From assembly GCA_965235115.1 (NCBI GenBank), contig OZ249436.1, positions 38,318,001 through 38,382,000 on the forward strand: 64,000 nt of DNA, written 5' to 3'. Both the position numbers and the translations under genes were made by a program. Shown piece by piece: positions 13,701 to 25,481 of this stretch; position 1 is the stretch's first letter; each line of letters begins with the position of its first letter. This stretch comes from Laetmonice hystrix (Eukaryota). The notes beneath the pieces were generated by a model. That model was not told the origin of the DNA. It did no database searches and saw only the letters and a program-made list of their open reading frames with translations.

Positions 13701-16700
13701 ACTGCCACACCGGCCTCCAGTTACCTTGTCCTGAGGGAGGGGGCAGCCAGCTCGGTTCGGGAGGAGCCTCCCTCCTCCTCTGCCAGTCATTGCCCTAAGC
13801 TGACTTCCTGCACTCGCTCCTCCGGCCGACAAACAACGGAGGGACACGCCTTGACAGTGGGCGAGGATGGGAGCAGATGAGGACATGAAGGTGTTTATAG
13901 GCCTAGAGGGCCTAGGCCGGGAAATGTTCAGTCGGGGTGCGTGGCAAGGAAAGGATCCGACAATGTGCACAACGTGGAATAAAACCCTCTACAGTTCCAT
14001 CCCGGATTCAGAGACCTCAACCATTTTCAACTGGTAGAACAAGCAAAACCCCCAACACCATTCTGGCACTGATATAGATCTGACCAACAGATCTGTCAAA
14101 ATAATTATCTCTATAAAATTTCAATTTTTTGGGTTAGACCGTTCTGGTTTTAAGCCCTTCAACAATCTTTCCTTAATAACTTGTCTAAAATATTAACCTT
14201 CATTCATAAAATGCATTCTCACAACCCTTCTGTACCGAGGTAGCTAGCTAATTAGCTAGTTAGTAATTCAACAGGCGGACTAGAACTGCTATCTGAACAG
14301 TCTGGCACTGAACATGTAGGTAGTCACTATAGAGATGATATCTGAACAGTCTGGCACTGAACATGTAGGTAGTCACTATAGAGATGATATCTGAACAGTC
14401 TGGCACTGAACATGTAGGTAGTCACTAGAGATGATATCTGAACAGTCTGGCACTGAACATGTAGGTAGTCACTAGAGATGATATCTGAACAGCCTGGCAC
14501 TGAACATGTAGGTAGTCACTAGAGATGATATCTGAACAGCCTGGCACTGAACATGTAGGTAGTCACTAGAGATGATATCTGAACAGTCTGGCACTGAACA
14601 TGTAGGTAGTCACTAGAGATGATATCTGAACAGTCTGGCACTGAACATGTAGGTAGTCACTAGAGATGATATCTGAACAGCCTGGCACTGAACATGTAGG
14701 TAGTCACTAGAGATGATATCTGAACAGTCTGGCACTGAACATGTAGGTAGTCACTAGAGATGATATCTGAACAGTCTGGCACTGAACATGTAGGTAGTCA
14801 CTAGAGATGATATCTGAACAGCCTGGCACTGAACATGTAGGTAGTCACTATATGATATCTGAACAGTCTGGCACTGAACATGTAGGTAGTCACTAGAGAT
14901 GATATCTGAACAGTCTGGCACTGAACATGTAGGGCCTATAGGTAGTCACTAGAGATGATATTTAATCAGTCTGGCATTGAACATGTAGGAAGTATGGCCA
15001 AAATGGTCGAAAGAGACCCCTTGCCCATAGCTAGAAATATAAAGGAAGCATATCTTTATGATGTGCTTGTCATGATTTCTTCTCAAATTGTAGATAATCA
15101 CTATTGTTTGTGTCGCAATGTTTGTAACCTTTTCGAATTAATTGCAGTTGACATATCACAATTTCCATTTGCAAAGATACAGGTCGAACGCCCTCGTCAA
15201 TCCAGTATCTCAAGATGAGTCCAAAACTTGAGTGTCGGTTTACCTTTTCTCGCATCACACTGCTTTTTTTCAGCCTTTGTAGCAAGTCCTGTGAACGGCG
15301 GTGCAGATTACATCGCCAATAACTTAGATGTAACGTACAGTATCATAGACAACCTCAAGACAAACGGCAACACGTACGAAATGCGGATCGTTCTCAAAAA
15401 CACGGGCGATGGATTTATTCGGTCTGACGGCGGATGGCACCTCTACTTCACCAACATCCGTATGCTCAAACCGGTCCAACTTCTGATCAACGATGGCACC
15501 TACGTCAGCAAGGCAGGCACGGCGCTGGGTGCAACGGGACTACAGTTATACCACGAGAAGGGCTACCTTTTCCGAATCACTCCGAATTCGGATTTCCAGG
15601 ATTTGGGACCTGGCCAGGAACTGGTGGTGCCAATGGAGGGTCAATACTGGGAGGTGGCTCGGACCGACGTCATGCCCAACTGGTATGTGGTGGTGGGAGG
15701 CGTGGCCCGTACCATATCCAGCACCAGCGGAGAGGACCTTGGCTTTGTCAGCAAGCTGACCACCAAAGAACAGTGCAAGAGAGTGCCATGGGACACCTAT
15801 CACCCGTACACCGCCGAGGATAGGTACAAACTGTACAGGGCGAAGGACCTGGGGAGACCGCCTGTCAGACTGGTCCCGGCAGCACGTAGACAGGACCTGA
15901 CAGAGGCCCGTACCGTTAACCTGAGGACCGGGGACTGGTCAGTCGCCTACCAGGGGACGAAGGAGGAAGCTGTTGCCGAGTATCTGGCAGGTCAGCCTTT
16001 CTTCCTTTTTTACCGTAACAACTTTTAATAATCGTCGATTTTTATTGCTACTTCCTGGCATTAACTCGAGGTAGTTGCAAGTACCTGTTTCCCTTTGTAC
16101 TTTCCTGCTCCATTAAAAATTTGGAAACTTTAAGTAGATATCTCGCTCAGAATGAATACAGCCTAAACATGAATTTCTTTTCCAGAGAATCTTGGTTTTC
16201 AGACTTCCAGAGGCAGCCCAAGCTATTCAAGTCGATATATTTTCCTGAAGATCGATGATCAGCTGTCCGGTGTGGAGTGCTCCAAGAACTCCGAGACGTA
16301 CACACTGACAATAAACCACTCGCCTGAGACGGTCGCCATCATTGGGGCGTCAGCTGCAGGCTTGTTCTACGGGGTGCAGACGTTGCTGTCTCTGGTGGCC
16401 CGACCCGACGGCCTGCCCACGGGCACGGTGGAGGACTGTCCCCGGTTTGTTTACCGCGGTATGCACTTGGACGTCGCCAGAAACTTCCATGGCAAGCAGA
16501 CAATCTTCAAACTGCTTGACGCCATGGCTATGTACAAACTGAATGTGTTCCACTTCCACCTGAGTGACGATGAAGGGTGGAGGTTGGAGATACCGGGCCT
16601 TCCAGAACTGACACAGGTAACTTTACACCCAGCATTTTCTCATGGTGGAATGTGTAGAACTATTATGTTGACGATTTCCTTATGTACAGCAGCATATTTC

Positions 16701-19700
16701 ATGATGCTGTGTGAAAAATATGCTTTTGCTTTGCTGGACAGACACTCGGCACCGGCGGATCCTGGGGCGGGTTGCACTAACGGTCCTACGGGTTAGGACT
16801 GAATTTAGGACCAGTCCTACTGAGTGTCATGCCCCCCAAGCACTTCATATCTATCTGAGTTTCAATAGCCCTTGAGATATAAAAGTTGACGAATTACATT
16901 TAAATTATGGATATTGGCCCCTGTTGAATGTAGGACTGGTCCAAAATTCAGTCCTAACCCGTAGGACCGTTAGTGCAACCCGCCCCAGAACTCTAAAGCA
17001 TGGCCGTAGCCTGCCGGTGGGGGGGGGGCAAGGGGGCAACTCCCCCCGGGGATTTCCAGGTTTTCTTTTACCCAGACCCCAGCTCGACCTGCGCAATGAC
17101 GCACTCTCACGCGGTAGGCCTATCTGGTTAATGTTCAGGGGACCGGCCCCCCTGGGATTTTCGGCCAGGCTACGGCCCTAAAGGGAAGGGCCGGGTGCAA
17201 CTAGTTTTAACCACCCGATACACTTGTTTTTCTTCTTGAAGAAGGAGAAACTGACTTGGTCTCTTCTTCATAATAACGTAACGTACATCATGTGGGATGC
17301 ATATTGGGCTAGCCAAGGAGTTACCATACGCTCGTCTCAATCCTGAAGAAAGACTTCTCACATGATGCACGATACTAATAATGGCCTTCTTGAAGAAGGC
17401 GAGACCAAGGTAGTTTATCCTTCTTCAAGGAGAAAACATGTGTATCGGCTCTTTTAAGTGTAGATACAAACTAGTGCCCGACATGTGCACCTGCTTAGAT
17501 AGTGTTACTGGCATGCCTCTTGCAATTGCTAAGATGTGTTTTATCTTGACAGCACATTGGTGAGTTAAAACATCTTCTTTTTTATACTTAGAGGGTCTAT
17601 CCATTTTTGATTGTCAGGTAGGCGCTCATCGTTGCCACGACCCAAGTGGAGACGAATGCCTCATGCCCCAGCTGGGGTCGGGACCCAGTCAGGGGACCTC
17701 AGGGTCTGGCTACTATACGGTCCAGGATTACCAGGATATCCTCAAGTACGCCAACCACCGCCACATCGAGGTCATCCCGGAGTTTGACATGCCAGGCCAC
17801 GCCCACGCCGCCATCAACGCCATGCTGGCCCGGTACCGACGCCTCCGTGACTCGGACCTGGTGGAAGCAAAGAAGTACCTTCTCACAGACCTCAACGACA
17901 CGTCACAGTATCTCTCCATCCAAATGTTCACCGACAACGCCATCAACCCATGTCTCGAGTCCACCTACAATTTCGTCAAACACGTCATTTCAGAACTTCA
18001 AATCATGCACCGGGACGTACAGCCACTTAAGCGATTCCACTTCGGAGGGGATGAGGTGCCTAAGACCGCTTGGACGAACTCCACGGCATGTGAAGGTTTG
18101 GATCCGTCTGGGGAAAAGACGGACATCAAGAAGAGATTCGCGGTGGAAGTGTCCAGGATAGCGGCAGGGCAAGGGTTAGGTGTACAGGCGTGGGAGGACG
18201 GGATGATGTATCATGGGGCGGAGAACGAACCCTTCAGTCAGGACGACTTTTCGACTGAGGTTCGCGTCAATGCTTGGAATAACATCTGGGAGTGGGGAAG
18301 CGGGGCTCGCAGCCATATCCTGGCCAACGCTGGATACAAGGTGATACACCATCATGAGGCGTTACAAAGGCCGACCCCATCATATTCGGCTCTTTATTTT
18401 TTCCCTTCAAAATATTGTGACTGTCATTGCTATTGAGACACCAAAACACAAGCTTTAGAAATACTGGTATTGCGACAATAATATAGCCTATGTTATAAAC
18501 TTACATGTTTCAAAGTGAATTCCAGCGTTTAGCAAACAAAAAACAAAAAAACAAAACAAAAACAACATTGTTTTTCTTTCGTAATTTAAGCCTCTTCTGG
18601 GACTATGATCAAATTGGGAATATGCCGTAAGGTCCATGATATTGCTGTTTTATTATCGGATTTTTGAGAGTCTTAGTCGTTTTCACCCAATAACGCGTAC
18701 GTTCAAAAGGTCCTTTATAATTTCTTGAAACCGAGGCAACAAAGTGCTGGTATATGTGGTACGTACATATTACCAGAGGGAAGAAGAACATTGCTCTACT
18801 ATACTATGGCCATTCCTTTCAATTTCAGACGATCCTATCGTTCGCTACAAACTTGTACTTCGATCATCCGAGCGAGCCTGACCCCGAGGAGAGAGGAATC
18901 TACTGGGCTTCCCGGATAATCGACGTGGACAGGACGTTCCGCCTGATGCCCGACTCGATCTACGACAACATAGAGCTGAGCGTCATGGGTGTGCCACTGA
19001 ACAAGACCAACGTTTGTAAGGATAACCATTGTCCGCCTCTCACACGCAAGGAGAATATCATAGGTAAGGGAAAGTTTGGATACAGAGGCCCATTCGTGCC
19101 ATGGGTTGAAATGCAGTGAAAACACCGGTGGCCGCTACTGAGGGCCGAGTCCATAATCGGGCGGCCTCCGAGGGGTACATTTCAATAAAGCCTAAAGATA
19201 TCTTTGAAAACCTCACTGGAGCCAGGTGCGAGGTTTTTACTGAAACACTGGCTCTCTCCCCATCCAGACAGCACTAGTCCGAAAGACATCTTTGGCAACG
19301 ATATCTTTTGATATTGAAACTCAACTCACTTACTTCATATTAGTTTCAGTCGATCATACTTGTTTAGCTGTCAATTCTATTAACTTATAAATCAACTAAT
19401 GTTCTTGCCTCCGAGCATTTGGTATGTGTGTTATCAAAGTAACAAAGTGGCCGTTGTCATATATTGGATGTTCCATCGGAATCTATTTAAAATAATAAGT
19501 AAATCCGTGGAGAAACGAATCAATCGTTGCGCGGCACGTCCTCATCAGGCATCTTCGATAAAACTATTACCTGCTGTAAGGTCGATGGTTTCCCCGGGAC
19601 ACCCAGGTTTCCCCCGCCAGTAAAACTGACCACCTCGATATGACACTGACTGCTGCGAAGGCGTAACCCCCAAGTCTAAATCCAAAACATCGAATAAAAC

Positions 19701-21018
19701 CAAGGGAGGATCGATAGTCATGAGCGCCCTCGCCTCAAAAAACTATAATCTATAGTCAAGCCGTAGTTTCTTTATTCCCCAATGACTGGTCTATTACCGG
19801 TGTGAGTGTTCACTTCCTCCAGGGATCCAAGGTCAGCTGTGGACGGAAACGGTTCGCACGGCTGCGCAGTTGGAGCAGATGATCTTCCCGAGACTACTTG
19901 CCTTGGCTGAGAGAGCCTGGCACAAGGCATCGTGGGAAAATCTGCTTGATGACCATGACAGACGCCACAATGAACGCCAAAAGGACTGGGAGGAATTCCT
20001 CAATCTTGTTGGTTATCACGAACTCCGGCGACTTGACAAGCTAAACATTATGTACCACATCCGGCCACCTGGGGCGATGTAGGTACACCCATGATATAGA
20101 CGAATACCATGTGTGCTAACAATAGGTGGGGCACATATTAAATTGAGACAATTTAAGGCCATTTAGGACATTTGATACCGTTGACAATTATTTCTCTTCT
20201 TTAATAGTTTCTTGAAGTGACCCTATTGTACACCTTCCTTGCCAACTGTCCCTCTTGGATCCGCGGCTTAGCCCAACTTCTGTACCAGTCCCTAGGCATT
20301 ATAGTAGGCCTACATAATATATTATATAGGTCATCATAATATATTGCATAGATGCATACTTTCGCTCCCTCTCTGTGTAAACAACAGTTGAAGTTTAGCC
20401 TCTGATGGCTGTACTCTGTATCTCTGCAGGTTAGCGGATGGAATGCTCAGAGTGCGCACCGAGTTTCCGGGTCTCTCCGTGCGGGTTAGCTCAGACAAGG
20501 ACGCCACCTGGTGTGACGTTAACAGTACTACAACAGTGAAGTCTTCTGGCACACTGCGGCTCGTAGCCAGGTAGGTTGTCATTGATACACCTTTTACGTT
20601 ATAATACATATTATTATGTAGCACCTGTTCTACTTCATATCCTTCATAATAAACACATATTGCCCCACCTTTCGGGGCCCTTCCCTGCCCGTAAGGCTAG
20701 CTCAATGTCTGGATCATTCGAAACGTGTTGTGCTCTAACTCCTAAATGCTTGCTAGATTTCAGAGCTAGGCCAGGAGTCTATAACCTGGGTCCCATAGGC
20801 CTATGTAGCCTAACTAGAATTGCTCAAAGACAAGCTGGATTTGCCCTAATGTTCCCGTCGCATGTTTCCTCCCCAGGTCACCAGACGGCCGACGGACAAG
20901 CCGGATTACGTCACTGATTGCACTGGAGGAAGCCGTATCGAGCGCCCCCTACAGGCGATCGGCGGCAATCAGCACACCGTTTTTATGCTTATTCGTCCTG
21001 ATAATATCATTTCTTTGA
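10737..21018 (+). CDS. GH20 beta-N-acetylhexosaminidase, bacterial chitobiase-type architecture, 895 aa, signal peptide and GPI-like C-terminus
   Basis: Exons 10737-10779 (MDARMLAWTLLMVA, phase 1), 15274-15990, 16186-16616, 17618-18340, 18829-19063, 19823-20078, 20430-20570, 20877-21018 (TGA); total 2688 nt, in frame. GH20 motifs YRGMHLDVARNF, HFHLSDDEGWRLEIPGLPELT, IPEFDMPGHA, catalytic HFGGDEV (~18038-18058), GIQGQLWTETVRT, FPRLLALAERAW. The exon 1 assignment is inferred from phase and hydrophobicity. Confidence 0.92.
11630..11775 (-). mobile_element. Degraded 3' fragment of an RTE-like non-LTR retrotransposon
   Basis: Minus-strand frameshifted peptides YRRKGE / ILASEIVL / QPKHETGRG / LRESMERDAWR resemble the C-terminal end of RTE-clade ORFs (recognised by eye). 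Confidence 0.4.
12032..12745. mobile_element. Non-autonomous element with an inverted-repeat pair and a long terminal hairpin (Crypton-like, tentative)
   Basis: 32-bp IR at 12032-12063 vs 12554-12585; ~143-bp near-perfect hairpin at 12585-12727 centred on CGCTTCGCG; segment ~12087-12190 recurs at ~40245-40345. Confidence 0.55.
13065..13564. mobile_element. MITE with subterminal GGTAAA(G/T)TGACCCC repeats
   Basis: Left end CCGGTGTGATGTGGTAAAGTGACCCC... and right end ...GGGGTCAATTTACCACGGGGGTCAGTTTTCGATGTGACACCTG are imperfect inverted repeats. It interrupts the second copy of a local duplication (GAACTTTCAGACC...CTGGCACGT, cf. 12872-12908). Confidence 0.55.
14291..14989. repeat. Minisatellite, 47-bp unit, ~14-15 copies, in intron 1 of the GH20 gene
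   Basis: Unit ATCTGAACAGTCTGGCACTGAACATGTAGGTAGTCACTAGAGATGAT repeated head-to-tail with no spacers. Confidence 0.97.
16762..16988. mobile_element. MITE, PIF/Harbinger-like, ~58-bp TIRs
   Basis: CTGGGGCGGGTTGCACTAACGGTCCTACGGGTTAGGACTGAATTTAGGACCAGTCCTAC is mirrored almost perfectly at ~16930-16988. Confidence 0.85.
19580..19686 (+). mobile_element. SINE fragment (V-domain-like), related to 29780-29945
   Basis: GGTCGATGGTTTCCCCGGGACACCCAGGTTTCCCCCGCCAGTAAAACTGAC...GATATGACACTGACTGCTGCGAAGGCGTAACCCCCAA; diverged copy of the 29.8-kb element. Confidence 0.55.
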
Positions 21019-21565
21019 GTATTCACAAAATGATTACCCTACCAAAAAGCTAAAAACTCAAAGATCAATAGGCCTGTTTAGGTTGTGTAACTTAGAGCAA
21101 TATCCAACCAATTTCAAGATGTAAGTATAATTGGTGCCTCGACTTTCTATTATATGACAGCCCATCTAAATTCCCGCATGAGTTTGATGAGTATTAATAT
21201 AATATTATAATTAGGCCTATGAAATAGAAACTGTATAGGGTTCCTGTTAATGACATGCTCCGCCACAGAGATCAACCCTTTTCACGCCGGTCATCTGTTG
21301 GCTTTTTTATTCAACTTCATATAGGCCAATAATAATGGTCTATAAACTTGCGTGACATGTAAGTCAGAACATCCATACAGACAATAATTATGTTATCTCT
21401 CATTTTCTGTGCTTGTTGCAAAAGAACACCGCAAATTTAGATGTTGGAAGATCGAGAGTGTTGACCGTATTAGCCGCACTTCGTACCCGTGGAAACGAAC
21501 AAACGATCGCCGAATATAGCGTGGTTGTCAGAACGTTGACACATACTTTGACCGTAAAGGCGATT

Positions 21566-22027
21566 GATCATTTAGTAGTACGTGATTGGTACGTCACTGG
21601 GAGCACGAGTCCCGCAGATAGGAGGCGGTGATTGATCAGGTAGTATATGTGATTGGTAGGTCACTGGGAGTACGAGATGATTTAGTAGTATGTGATTGGT
21701 ATGTCACTGGAAGTACGAGATCATTTAGTAGTATGTGATTGGTATGTCACTGGGAGCACGAGAAAATTTAGTTGTATGTGATTGGTAGGTCACTGGGAGT
21801 ACGAGATGATTTAGTAGTATGTGATTGGTATGTCACTGGAAGTACGAGGTCATTTAGTAGTATATGATTGGTAGGTCACTGGGAATACGAGATCATTTAG
21901 TAGTATGTGATTGGAGCACGAGTCCCGCAGATAAGAGGCGGAGATTGATCATTTAGTAGTATTTGATTGGTATGTCACTGGGAGAACGAGATCATTTAGT
22001 TGTATGTGATTGGTAGGTGACTGGGAG
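21566..22027. repeat. Minisatellite, 43-bp unit, ~10 copies, derived from the last codons and stop of BHMT copy a
   Basis: Unit GATCATTTAGTAGTATGTGATTGGTATGTCACTGGGAGTACGA; on the minus strand each unit reads [11 protein letters not shown]. Confidence 0.92.
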
Positions 22028-23216
22028 TGGACGTCCTGTGGTCGGGATCATATCCATCCAGTAGGAGCGGCCGTGTCTGGGAGAAACAGGAAACAGGGCA
22101 CAAGTTTAATTAGTGTGGATTCGATATTAACACACATAGACCATTATAGGCCGATACTGTGATAGGCATAGCCCACAAAATGCTTAAAAGGAATAGAAAA
22201 GTTCAAACTATCAATATATGGGTGTTCAGCATGAACAAGCTTGTTCTTACCTACAATATTGTGATTATCTGATCTTTAATAAAGGAATAATCAACCGAAA
22301 TGTAGAGACATTCTCCCGCTGGCTTCGTCGGTTTGTTTACCCTATTTGGCCCTTATCTCAATCTATTAATAGATATAGCTCCCGCTGTCTCGCGTGGGAA
22401 ATAGCGAATGACCCGGGCGGTATTTTTAAAAAGTCGCCGTTGACAGTGTTTCACTATCGGTGTGACCTTAGACACTTTATATGGTGTTACTGGTGTTCAA
22501 AGGTACGTTAGTGAGGAATATTTCTATTCCCTTTAATGTGAAACCTAAAATCAGCCTAAAACATATACTAGGCCAACCTACCGATGCCATGTAGCTTCTG
22601 TGAGCTGACGTTCTTACTTTGAACTGAATTATCTTATTCTATAACGCTATACGAGTTGCCTCTATACCCACCGATGACGTAAACGTGGAGTCATGGACGC
22701 GACCATAGCGCCACCAAACGGCTCGTTCATGTCACTCCCAGGAGGACGACGGCAGCGCTCAATGGCCAGCTTGGGAATTGTACAGAAAATCGTGACACAG
22801 CCGACAATAAACACGTAGGCTTATCTACAGGAACCTGCTCATTGAAAAACTATGCAATGACCACCCTGCATTTTATGGACTTCTCGTCCAACCCAGTTGA
22901 GGGCTGTGACACCAACGGTGTCTTGTTAATTATGATTTCCACAGCCAAAGGGCGTGCGTGGAGTTGAAGGCTTACCTCCTCCGAGATCTCCCTGATGTGA
23001 TAGGGCTCGAAGCCACAACACCCTCCCAGGTATCGGACACCAGCGTCATACGCCTCGCGGACGTAACGTCGTACGTCCCAACGCGTCAACAAACGTGGCT
23101 CCAACGCTGGAAGGGGATATATCTCACATAAACCTGCCTCATTGGTAGCAGATGAAAGAGGACGAGTTTAAGTTATATTCGAGGGAGAGAGAGGGGGAGG
23201 GAGGTAGAGAGAGGGG

Positions 23217-23265
<49 letters not shown>

Positions 23266-25481
23266 AGAGAGAGAGAAGGGAGAGAGAGGAGAGGAGAGAA
23301 GAATGAGAGAAAAAAGAAGAATGCAGGGTCCCCTATGTTCCATTTGTTCAATACACCTGTGTGTTTATAGGTGTTGAATGCCTACCGAAAGGGAACTCTG
23401 GCAGCTCAAGGTGACCCCTCTTAGTATTGGCGACGTCTGGGCAGTGGAAGCCGAGCGGTTGTAGCATGAGGTAGGGAGTGAGGCCGGCCTGGTCCAGGGC
23501 CGCCTTCATCACGCGGATCACCTCGATACAGGTGGTTGGGTCGTATTGACAGTTCAGGCCCAAGATGTCAGCTCCTGGGTAGGAATGAATTGCTCGTGAG
23601 CTTGAGAATCAATTTTCCACTCCACCGAAAACGGAGCCATGGCATTATACCACAATATAACAGGGCAGTTATATTGTAACGCAAAACCATTATAAGAGTA
23701 TATACAACTTTTGATTAACACTGACACCACCCACTGTTCCTTAGATGTTTCCTACATTTGTAACTTGATAGGAAAACATGTTACAATTAAAAGTTACAAT
23801 GCAGTTCTCGGTCTCATTAAGAAATAAAAGAATAATTTATACAGTCTCTGAAGCTGTAGTTTTCTCATTTGCTGTAACATATTGTAATATTTTTTGAGGG
23901 GGGGGGGGGGGGTCACACAGTAACAGACCGGCCTTTGCCATCCTGACGGCACAGTCCCCCGGTGGCACATTGCTGTCGTCACCAGTGGGACCCATGCGCA
24001 TGGTCACTGCCACCGGAAGTCCGGTCCCCTTCATGACCTCGATCGCCCACACGGCCTCTTGTACATCACTGAAAAACTGTAGAAACGGAAGGCAAAAATG
24101 TGGATAAAATAAAATAAGACCTCACATCAGCAATCACACACGCGAAAAATTTTAATTTTGTTCAGTTCCTTTGTAATTTGCGAGTCCTCTTTTTGACATG
24201 ACGATTTCAGAGTTACAATTCTATTTTTTCGTCCTTTGGAATTATAAGTATTGCCGGCGTGTTGTTTTACTTATCTTAATTGCAATTCTATTTCTTCAAA
24301 GCTTACATGGGATATCCCCTGCCCACAAGGAAAAAAAGTTGGCTTGCAACCACCCCAGCCCCCTGTTCGTTTATCTAATGGGCATACCTCGCCGAGTAGA
24401 AAATCCACCTTCCTGGAGACAAACACCTCCACTTGTTTCGAGAACTCACTCTGCACCGCCTCCTTTCCCTGACCTTCCCCGTACGACCTTGAAGGGGAAA
24501 TACCCCCACAAACAAGAGCGTCCCCTTGACGAGCCACTTCAAACGCTAAGTCACAGGCAGCCTCGTTTAGATCACGACACTGTTCGAGAAATAGCATGCA
24601 GAGTAAGAAGTAGGCCTACAATTATATATTCTACGGTTGCTTCTAAGGACTTGAACTGACTTAACCTTGAACCATCCTTATGTAATAGGCCGACAGTATC
24701 TTTAATCGAATCGGTACTATCACGTACTATAGATTCTTGTGCAGCTTTGTGAAACTGTGCAGCAGAAAAGAAATGTTACCTTATGAGGCTTGGAGGAAGC
24801 TGATAACTGGTCCTCCAACGCGAAGAAGGTGAAGGCTTGGATTACGTCACACCCGGCCCGTAAATACTCCTTGTGAAGTTGGCGAACTTGACACGGAAAT
24901 GGGAGTCAAGCTAAGTTATACGTCAGTGGTGGATGGGGGTTGGGGCGTTGGGGGCGGTTATAACCACCCTTTCTGCTCGAAAGGTTCAAACCAAACATAC
25001 ACAACCCCCTCTTGGCCCCTCCCTCCCCTCCCCCCGCGCAAACCGGGATCCGCCCTGTCCTGGCGACTTCCCAGGACCCCCTATTATTGTTTACAAGGTT
25101 TACAATAGTTCATGTTAAATCAGCTATATATGATCTTGGATATAGGAAAAGGTTTATAACTAGTGCTTCACGTTCCATGCAGTTAATGACATTTCTTCTC
25201 CATTTTAGCACCCTTTGAATCCATTCATCCCAAAGTTGATGTAATGTATTCAATATCATTTTGGATGAATTCTGTATTACACACAATGGATATTGTCAAC
25301 GCATTAAACTCCATCCATCGGCATTGCGCGAAAACTGACCTGCGTCCGGGTACTCGACGACCGCCTCGGGTGTCCAATGGCCGCCCATCACGTAGCCACG
25401 TCTCTCGAGGGTGTGCACGTAACTCCCATCCCCCACCACCGGACCCTCTGATAGGCGGGCCAGGATGTTTTTTGATGCCAT
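21992..25481 (-). CDS. BHMT: Betaine-homocysteine S-methyltransferase family protein, copy a, 363 aa
   Basis: Exons 25481-25340, 24886-24780, 24579-24388, 24076-23929, 23574-23386, 23106-22976, 22769-22672, 22076-21992 (TGA); 1092 nt in frame. Motifs [25 protein letters not shown], Zn ligands GLNCQ and [26 protein letters not shown]...TGRP. Confidence 0.93.
23175..23310. repeat. (GA)n-rich microsatellite in a BHMT-a intron
   Basis: Long polypurine GA tract; similar (GA)n tracts at ~39191-39228 and ~60589-60609. Confidence 0.9.

Noticed and set aside
14291..14989. Regular repeats resembling a CRISPR array (also 36567-36926, 42178-42683, 46376-47345)
   Set aside because: Units are head-to-tail with no unique spacers, there are no cas genes, and the context is eukaryotic.
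15228..15273. TTG start of the 266-aa ORF as the GH20 start
   Set aside because: This is intron sequence ending in a polypyrimidine tract and CAG; the exon at 10737-10779 supplies an ATG in the matching phase.
20079..20082. Stop codon ending the GH20 protein at ...PPGAM*
   Set aside because: A GT donor at 20079 splices in frame to two further exons encoding the chitobiase-like C-terminal domain. A retained-intron isoform is possible but unsupported.
21992..21994. TGA readthrough or selenocysteine into the repeat array
   Set aside because: The paralogue stops at the same position, the 43-bp unit shifts frame, an in-frame TAA follows shortly, and no SECIS was recognised.
23139..23370. ER-rich and SL-rich ORFs
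   Set aside because: Translations of an intronic (GA)n microsatellite.
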